Origin: Eledone cirrhosa | Taxonomy: Eukaryota | NCBI GenBank assembly: GCA_964016885.1 | Contig: OZ024742.1 | Location: forward strand, 269,886,001 to 269,950,000 | Direction: 5' to 3' | Length of the DNA: 64,000 bases | Shown: one piece after another, positions 56,001-64,000 of the stretch | Numbering within the stretch: the stretch's first letter is position 1 | How the letters are laid out: every line of letters begins with the position of its first letter | Position numbers and translations under genes: made by a program | Notes under the pieces: model-generated | Seen by the model: only the letters and a program-made list of their open reading frames with translations | Told to the model about the DNA's origin: nothing | Database searches by the model: none

Positions 56001-56465
56001 CCAGTTCGGGATAAACTCTACAGGCATGGAGGTGCCGTAAGTCGGGCATGTACGAGATGCGTGCAGGGCGACCTAACCGTACTGCACACACTCGTCCAGT
56101 GTCCAAAAATTGCTGACTTGTGGGTTTATGTCGAACACCTGCTGTCGCGTGTAGGACGGATCCGGCTATCAGCTGAGTCCATCGTGAGGATTGCCCCGCC
56201 TTCTTCCTTTAGCCGGGAAGGGCAGGCAGTTTTTATCTGTCTGGTGGCCATGGCGAAAGAGATAGTATGGTGGACACGTTTGAAAGGGTTGAAGACGAGC
56301 ACTTACCTCTTCGGTGATGCCCTGATTAACTTTTTCAAATTTCATTTGAAAAGGAAAATCAGGGTAGAGAGGGATGTGCTCTCTACCCAGAATGTTCTTG
56401 AAAGATGGATGAGAGAAGCAAGAATGGCCCGAGTGAATGGGCCTACTCTGAGTACGTATCTGTAA
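53048..56465 (+). pseudogene. LINE ORF2 (AP endonuclease, RT, C-terminal CCHC) with about 3-4 frameshifts
   Basis: ISET, GDWN, SYLDR, TDH (APE); KSPGLDGL, FRPITLLN, DQSKAFDRV, RQGCPLS, ADD (RT); CTRC..H..C. Confidence 0.93.
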
Positions 56466-56713
56466 ATTAAAGGTGGAAAACTGGGAGAGGGCACTGCCTT
56501 GGTGGTCAGAGTCACTGTGGCCTTTTACTGGGCTTTCTCCACAAATGTCCCTCCGAAGTCTCCCCCCTATTGGGGAATTTTTCATTGTTAATTTTTTGTT
56601 ACATCCTCTGTTTTTGTTCTTTACACGCAGAAATGCCCATTTGTACCGTCATGTATTGTCCTGCACTGTACTTAATGTCTACTTTATGTAAACCCTTGTG
56701 GTTAATAAAGAAA

Positions 56714-56714
<1 letters not shown>

Positions 56715-56758
<44 letters not shown>

Positions 56759-56783
56759 GTAGTAGTAGTAGTAGTAGTAGCAT

Positions 56784-56818
<35 letters not shown>

Positions 56819-57025
56819 ATAGTAGTAGTAGTAGTAGTAGTAGTAGTAACAGCAGAAAATATCGGAGAAAAAGCCGCTCTGCCGTCCAAACATTGTTATT
56901 TCGTAGAATTCTATACCTTTTGGAATTGAAGGGACTGGGCTGTAAAGATAAGCTTCATAAATGATGCGCACTAACAGTTTAGAGAGAGCGAGCGGTGGGA
57001 GAGAGAAAGTGAGAGAGAGAGAAAT

Positions 57026-57086
<61 letters not shown>
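56715..57086. repeat. (ATT)n(AGT)n and (GA)n microsatellites
   Basis: Seen directly. Confidence 0.95.
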
Positions 57087-57088
<2 letters not shown>

Positions 57089-57986
57089 CGCATTCAGGCT
57101 GTGAGAGATTGAGCCAAAGAAAGTAGTCAGACGTAAGACAAAATTGAATATAAACGACATACAGATAAATATATATATATATGTGTGTTGCTGTGAAGGT
57201 GATTGTGTGTGAATGCATATGTCAAAATGTGAGTGTGTGTGTGCAAGTATGTATATACATAAACAAAGAGGCAAAGGGTGATAAAATGTATAAGCGAATG
57301 GAAAATGATGTGACGGTTTCAGTTAAATTTTGTCTGCTTTACTTTTTTCTTTGTTTAACTGTCTCTATTTACATATGTGTGGTTATTTGAGTTGTATATT
57401 GGTTTTACTGATAATATAGGAATTATCTTCGTGTGGAAAGATGCAAAACAGAATAACCATATGCTATACTTTAAATCCAATTTCCCCGACGTGTTAGTTA
57501 CAACGTGAATAATAGTCGTGTATATCTAAACATATGTACACGTGTACCTGAACGATTCAGACGGTTTATAACCAGTTATATATATATAAATACCCATTTC
57601 AAAACTTCTTACTTAAACATCTCTCTACGTAGTAGATAGTATAGGTGCATATATTATTTACTCACTTCAATCAATATTTTTTTACTCACCTCAGTCTAGA
57701 TTCTCACTTGAAAAGTTTTTAATTTTTAATTATTAATTTTTAATAGTTGATTTCTGATTTTCGAATTTTAATTTTTAATTTTTAGTTCTAATTTCCAACT
57801 CTCATTCATGACTTCCACTGTGAAACCATGATACCTAGAATTAAGTATATTTTCTCTTAGAGGTTGATGGTCAATTATACTGTCCATGCTTAATGAGGGG
57901 TAGTATTGAGACCTATTGATACTCACACGCTCTCATCCGCACTGGCTTTCGACTGACTGCCACAGACGGGGTAGGTAGAAGTAAGC

Positions 57987-57998
57987 TATATATAAAAG
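57987..57998 (+). promoter_or_regulatory. Candidate TATA box of the pLTR
   Basis: TATATATAAAAG about 225 nt upstream of the HHR. Confidence 0.35.
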
Positions 57999-58221
57999 GC
58001 CTGAATGGGTCATTGTTTGGTTGAGAGAGGGAACTGACTAAGCAAATTTCGTTGAAATCTGCAGTAGCTAATGGTCAACTTCCTTCGGACCTGCGCCTGC
58101 GCAGACCGGTGGGGGTGAATTGGTACTCACAAGGGAACGGATGAAGAACCCACACACTTCTTCCGTTTCCATGTCGATTCAATTTGGATTGCCTCGGAAA
58201 CATAACCTTATTATATAACAA

Positions 58222-58295
58222 GCTGTCTGACGATGTTGCGGCACTGGCGCACGGAACAGTGTGGCCACTGTCGCCATTGAAATATAAATCACAAC
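58222..58295 (+). ncRNA. Minimal HHR with extended stem II
   Basis: GCTGT-CTGACGA-tg t tGCGGCA c TGGC GCAC ggaaca GTGT gGCCA c TGTCGC catt-GAAA-TATAAA-TC-ACAAC. Confidence 0.75.
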
Positions 58296-58325
58296 ATTAT
58301 TATTAAAATACCTGGATTATTAAAA

Positions 58326-58510
58326 GGCGGTGGATTGGCACTATCAGTAGAGGCTCTGACGCCATGCTTTCCAGCATAGTTACGTCCCTTTACGATCTGA
58401 GTTCAAATCCCGCCGAGGTTGACTTTGCCTTTCATCTTTACGGGGTCGATAAAATAAAGTACCAGTAATGCACTGGGTAATTGCTGGCCTAGTGCCTAAA
58501 GTAGAAACGA
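58326..58510 (+). mobile_element. SINE family A, full length, possible imperfect target-site duplication (attaaaatacctgga / ataaaagacctgaa)
   Basis: A-box/B-box-like tRNA head, central gactttgcctttcatc..ggggtcgataaa..gtaccag, ATT tail. Confidence 0.9.
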
Positions 58511-58647
58511 TTATTATAAAAGACCTGAACAGCTGAAACTACTTCGCTTTGCCTTATTCGATATTTACTCCGTCACTCCTATGTGGAATAAGTACATTGA
58601 GTGCTTGAATTGAATTGCATCAATGTTTACCCGAATATATATATATA

Positions 58648-60644
58648 CTGCAACGAGATATTAAAACTCTACTCAACAACCTAAGGAATACCAAAGGAAT
58701 TATCATAAAGGCAGACAAAACTTCGAATCTATACACCCTGGATGTAGAAACTTATAACAATTTTATACGTAAGGAATTACATAGGAAATACAAAAAAACA
58801 AACGCAACTACACTAACCAACATTAATAACGCAGCATGTGATATTGTTAGGAAACTGAAAATTGACGACAGAACGGTACCCCTATCCCCAGCTACACCGA
58901 CTTTTAATCTGAAGGACCATAAGGATAACTTCGATACTAACCCTAAAATTAGATTAATATGTTCTTCAAAGTCCGATATAGGTAGGATTAGTAAGTACAT
59001 ATTAGATCGTATTATCCCCCAAGTTAAGGCTAAGGTAGATATTAAATTATGGGGTAATACTCATCAGGCAATAAGATGGTTCAAAATAACATTAGGGACA
59101 AAAACAAATCTTCTTTTATTCAATTCGATATAGATGAATACTATTCCTCTATTTCACCCGAAACCCTTCATAAGGCCCTCTCTTTCGCTAAGACTAACTC
59201 GGACCTCACAAACGAGGAAATTAATATTATACTTGAAGCTAGACGCACAGTAGTGCACTTTGAAAATAGTTATTGGGTCCGCAGGGATAGACCCTCGGAA
59301 TTCGACATTACGATGGGTTCTAATGATTCGGCGGAGGTCACGGATTTGGTTGGGATCTATATAGCCCATAGACTCCAGAGCGAATTTACGGACCTCCACG
59401 GCGGAATATACCGCGACGATACACTTCTATTAGTCAAGAATATGAACAAACAAAACCTAGAAAGGCGACGTAAAAACATTAGGAAACTTTTCTTAGAACT
59501 AGGGCTTAATATTACCTTTGAACACAATCTTAAGGTGGTTAACTTCTTGGATGTTACCTTCAACCTTAATAACGGTAATATAGAGCCATTTCACAAACTT
59601 AATGAAAATCTTAAGTACGTTAATGTAAAATCGAACCATCCTCATTCCATTATTAAATCTATCCCTAAAAATATATCCATAAGGATCTCCCGACTGTCGT
59701 CTAATTTGCAGACCTTCAACGAGCATGCTGAATATTATAATGACGCACTTAGAAAAGCTGGTTACTGCGAGAAAATTGAATATCTAGACGATAACCACAT
59801 AAGTACTATGAATAAAACACATCTAAGTCGAACTAGTATTGCACCACACACACACATCAATAGGCATACTAACAGGTGCAAACCAGCAAATAGAGTCAGA
59901 CGTAGAGAGTACATATGGTATAACCCCGTGTACAATTCTTCTATTAGCACTAAGATTATCTCACAATTCTATACACTAATCAATAAACACTTTACAACTT
60001 CACATAAATACTATAAAATCTTTAACTCGCGCACCATTAGACTCTCATACTCCACTGCACCTAACATAGAACAACTAATTAGAAAACTCAACTCAGCAAT
60101 ACTGAATAAGTACATCCCTAATGACTCAGCGCACCAGCATAGCAACATGCAACGCAATAACACGCAACCGCAACCCCACCAAACTATCCAGGATTCTACT
60201 GCAAAACATAAAAATAGTTGTAACTGTACCAAACCAGGTACGTGCCCACTGAATAACCAGTGCCTAGCACGCAATATTGTCTACCGGTGTACAATAAATT
60301 CCGGGACCAACAAATGGTACTACGTCGGATGTACCGCAACTTCTTTCAAGGCTCGCCTATACCAACATCGATCTTCGATCAGGCACGAGAAAATGTGCTC
60401 CGTAACAACCCTCGCCGATAAAGCCTGGCAGCTTCGGAGGAACAATCAAGCGTTCTCCCTTGATTGGCAAATTATTGCAGCTGCGCCTGCATATCAGCAA
60501 AATCATCGATTCTGCAAGTTATGCAATTTAGAGATATACTGCATTTTAACGTCAGTAAACAAACTTTTGAACAGCAAAATTGAACGTTCTCTATACTGTA
60601 ACCATCGTTTGAAAACGACTTTTTCTTTTTTTAAATGCATATAA
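58648..60644 (+). pseudogene. PLE RT-EN ORF with a single frameshift near 59085
   Basis: KADKT, LKDHK..PKIRLI, QFDIDEYY, FDITMGSNDSAEV, YRDD, CNC..CPLNNQC, IVYRC..YYVGCT..FKAR, CKLC..E..LLN..CNHR. Confidence 0.93.
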
Positions 60645-61042
60645 TGTTACCTTTTTGCAAATTTCTGTCTTATATGTTTATACACTAGATATGGCTTTCT
60701 ATAATAATAGTACTAAACACTGTTTTTCTGGACCCCTTTAGAAATAACCTGCTACTATAATAGCCCTAATAACTTGTCTGTGACATTGTACCACTTTGAC
60801 TCCTCTAACTAAATTTTGTCCGAACAACACCACTAGAAGTATCTACTTCCCAGCCAACCTTAGCACGCCTCATTAAGCTAACTGCTGCCAAAACATTCTC
60901 TCTTCACAATCTCTACTAGTCTGACAGTCTTAAACCCTAAGACTCCCTCCACCTTACTCACTTCCCTCTTCCCCTTCTCTTCCTACCTCCTTCTTTATCT
61001 TTTATCTAGTGTATAAAATATTTTCATATCATTCTAATACAA

Positions 61043-61159
61043 AGGTCTGATGACATGGTGTGTTGGCTTACAGTGTACTTTCGGTTTTTGATAATATTTG
61101 TGTATTATTCAAATAGCGAGGTATAGGTAACTCATACACTATAGAAACAATTGTTACCT
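61043..61159 (+). ncRNA. Minimal HHR with about 90-nt stem II hairpin
   Basis: AGGT-CTGATGA-[ATGGTGTGT..TTAC..TGTAC..TTCG..TGATAAT / ATTATTCA..CGAG..GTATA..GTAA..ATACACTAT]-GAAA-CAATTG-TT-ACCT. Confidence 0.8.
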
Positions 61160-61238
61160 AATAAATTCTATATACCCGCATTTCCATTTCGTAAATTTTT
61201 TCTCCATATATATATATATATATATAGGAACCAGTAAG

Positions 61239-61332
61239 ACCCCGACAGCTGAGCTCAAGCCGTTTCGACGGCTAATTCTGGACTAAATGAAAATTTATCC
61301 TGGTATTTAAATAGCCGATCTTCTCAAGGGGT
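61239..61332 (-). ncRNA. Inverted-arm copy of the U3-A8 HHR
   Basis: Reverse complement of 61894-61987. Confidence 0.85.
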
Positions 61333-61893
61333 AATTCCATATATGGTCAAAGTGATTGTCAAAAATCAGTAGTAATTCTGTGGTTGCAAATTAGTAGGGG
61401 AGATGGTGGCTAAACCTGCCAGTAGGAGAAAGAGGGGAGGGGGTGGAGTAGACCCAATCAAGCGTTGGTAGTGCCAGCTACAGCTGGGCATGAGGTCAAA
61501 GAAGATACAGGGGAAGGGGAGGGGGAGGAAGTCGGAACGGTAGGTAGAACAATGGGGGGTAGAAATAGGAAAGAAAAAATACTGAGAGTGAAGAAAAGCA
61601 AATAAGTGCAAATAAGTGCAAATAAGTGCTTTTCTTCACTCTCAGTATTTTTTCTTTCCTATTTCTACCCCCCATTGTTCTACCTACCGTTCCGACTTCC
61701 TCCCCCTCCCCCTCCCCTGTATCTTCTTTGACCTCATGCCCAGCTGTAGCTGGCACTACCAACGCTTGATTGGGTCTACTCCACCCCTCCCCTCTTTCTC
61801 CTACTGGCAGGTTTAGCCACCATCTCCCCTACTAATTTGCAACCACAGAATTACTACTGATTTTTGAAAATCACTTTGACCATATATGGAATT

Positions 61894-61987
61894 ACCCCTT
61901 GAGAAGATCGGCTATTTAAATACCAGGATAAATTTTCATTTAGTCCAGAATTAGCCGTCGAAACGGCTTGAGCTCAGCTGTCGGGGT
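61894..61987 (+). ncRNA. Type I HHR with U3-A8 core (UUGAGAA) and true stem III
   Basis: ACCCC-TTGAGAA-GA t CGGCTA..GGA TAAAT tttc ATTTA gTCC..TAGCCG TC-GAAA-CGGC ttgagctca GCTG-TC-GGGGT. Confidence 0.85.
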
Positions 61988-62099
61988 CTTACTGGTTCCT
62001 ATTACCCACTCTACTACCTCAAGTATTGAGTACTTTGGTGCGTTATGGTCCACCTGGTTCCTTACCACATTTCCTTCGTTATATATATATATATATATA

Positions 62100-62424
62100 T
62101 CGCTTCTGAATTTGTTTAGCAAGATTCTTTATCTGAAAACGTGTGTTGAAACCGACATTGTTATGCTGTGGGAGGGTCATGTTGCCAATAAGAAACACAC
62201 GCACCAGTTGCTCAAGATGGTGTATGACAGAACAAAGGAGAGGCAAAAAACAAAGAAAATAATCCCCGGTCACTGAAGAGGTCATATAATGTGTGACGAA
62301 ATAACTATGACAATATATGAACAACCGTCCGGTTGTGGAACCAACCAACCAACGGGAAATTTATAATAAATTGGAGTGAAACACTGGTGCGTGTGTTTCT
62401 CATTGGCAACATGACCCTCGCAAA

Positions 62425-62428
<4 letters not shown>
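62100..62428. mobile_element. Fold-back pLTR-like element (62160-62207 inverted vs 62384-62428) with HHR
   Basis: Same family as 11720-12042; (TA)n flanks. Confidence 0.8.
62269..62311 (+). ncRNA. Minimal HHR
   Basis: GTCA-CTGAAGA-g GTCA tataatgtg TGAC-GAAA-TAAC-TA-TGAC. Confidence 0.7.
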
Positions 62429-62513
<85 letters not shown>

Positions 62514-64000
62514 TAAATATATAAATACACACACATTCGATCATCGTTACACAACCTCCTACGGGACAAGTTCCCGTTTGTGTATGGCCTAGACTTTCTC
62601 AGAACCTTCCATTAAATTGTGAAATCGATGTCTGCATCGTTGAGTGACCACATGTGGTTTGCTATCTTCGTGGACGATCGCTTATCCCAGTGTCTACCTA
62701 TGTTTTGAGCTCCTGTTGTTGGTTTTGACCAGTAGATAAAACTTCAGGTATGTTACACTTTTGTTTTAGGGTGCATGTTTCTGGGCCTCTGCAAGTACAC
62801 CCGACTTGTGTGTTTAAACTGTTTAAATATTTTGACTGGTTCTAGCTGGAACTCTTCTTCGTTGCCTCTGCCTCGTTGCATATATATTGGTGCTTTCTTG
62901 AATTTGAAAAAATTAACGTTGGTAATTGTGGCAACGGTGGAACGTCAAATTTGTCTTTGCCTCCCCCAAATACAGTCATGACTTATTCGGAGTTCACATA
63001 CTTGCGTTAAAATATAAACAGAATACACGCAAATGTTATGGATGTCGTTGCTATACATGGGCTAACATTGAAGGGGATATGACATATATACACACACGGA
63101 AGAGATATAGAAAATATATGTCAATATGTCTCGCAACCCATTGCGCAGATTTTGATATCAAAGTAGGCGCATGCTGTTGCTTTATATTGAGTGCACCTGA
63201 GTCGTTCACTTGATTAAGTGAAATTCTGAAGCAAGTATGTATTGACGTTTTAGTGTCAGATACTGTGTTGAACACGCGACGCTCGCTTTCTTAGCTTTCC
63301 ATACTTATATATTCTTTGTTAACTTACTTGCTTAGTTTCAGCTTTCGGTTTCAATGCACTATTGGACTGCTCGCGTGCTGACTTTCTTTCGATTTCTCAC
63401 ATATTTATTCTCTCTATTTTCCATCATATTCCGGCGCAGTGTAGATGTTAACTCTCGACGACAAATATCAACACTGATTGACAAAAAGCAAGCAAATGAC
63501 CCATTATATATAAATATATATAACCGCATATGGTTCACAGGAAAGAGAAATGTGTACTCAATACTAAAGTAGAGTTTAAATATTCATTTTCGTTAGACTA
63601 AAACGTGAGACTTGTTAATCTGGGGTTTCCCCTGTTTATCATGTGGTCATGAAACCAGATATAATGAACATGTGATAAACAGGAGAAACACATAAATGAT
63701 AAAACTCACTTTTACCCTTAATCAATAAGTAGATAAATATATATATGAGAATTTGCAGAAAGAGAATTTGCTTCGAAGCCACTAGACGTATCTGAGAAAC
63801 TTGCGAATCCAGAGTCAGTTTCGATCCACAAAAAGATCGAACTCGAGCTGTCCGCCGGAGAAACAATTGTAATACGTAATACATTGTGTTCCGATGCAGC
63901 ACTGATTCTTCGTTTGCCATATTATCATATTCTTCTCCGAAGGAGCATAGAGTGCTCAACCGGCATACCGTCCATGGGTGCATCCTAGAAACCATATCAC

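Larger units (their letters stand above)
50695..56714 (+). mobile_element. Full-length Tx1/L1-like LINE, mildly decayed, bounded by (ATT)n on both sides
   Basis: 5' UTR, ORF1 with CCHC knuckle, ORF2 APE-RT-CCHC, 3' UTR ending AATAAAG. Confidence 0.93.
57590..58635 (+). mobile_element. Solo pLTR-like element with TATA box and HHR, interrupted by a SINE
   Basis: (TA)n flanks; TATATAAAAG near 57989; HHR at 58222. Confidence 0.65.
58648..61205 (+). mobile_element. 5'-truncated Penelope-like element (RT + C-terminal GIY-YIG, probably Nematis-type) with HHR-bearing 3' pLTR
   Basis: Starts right after (TA)n and ends before (TA)n. Confidence 0.93.
61224..62080. mobile_element. Young fold-back HHR element: arms 61224-61600 / 61627-62002 plus tail to 62080
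   Basis: Near-perfect about 375-bp inverted repeat; spacer made of a 10-bp unit three times; (TA)n flanks. Confidence 0.92.

Noticed and set aside
63760-63990. Open frame after TTGCAG (EFASKPLDVSEKL...) and the 118-aa minus ORF
   Set aside because: No recognisable motif and weak splice context

Overview
Eukaryotic, AT-rich, microsatellite-saturated, apparently gene-poor DNA. The repeat content (dense (TA)n/(CA)n tracts, tRNA-derived SINEs, RTE, R4/Dong-type, CRE-type, Tx1/L1-type and Penelope-like retroelements) suggests an invertebrate, most likely an octopus/cephalopod; this is an inference. No host gene can be confidently called. Main signal: about 20 type I hammerhead-ribozyme (HHR) motifs from roughly 10 apparently unrelated sequence families, found by manual folding. 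They sit in Penelope-like element (PLE) pseudo-LTRs and in short non-coding fold-back (palindromic) elements, nearly all inside (TA)n tracts. Several have non-canonical cores (covarying U3-A8, A4, C4), palindromic stem III loops or very long stem II arms. A second block (42.5-56.8 kb) is a nest of Tx1/L1-like LINEs, an R4/Dong-like fragment and a SINE, all associated with (ATT/TAA)n tracts. All coordinates and pairings were read by eye and may be off by a few bases.
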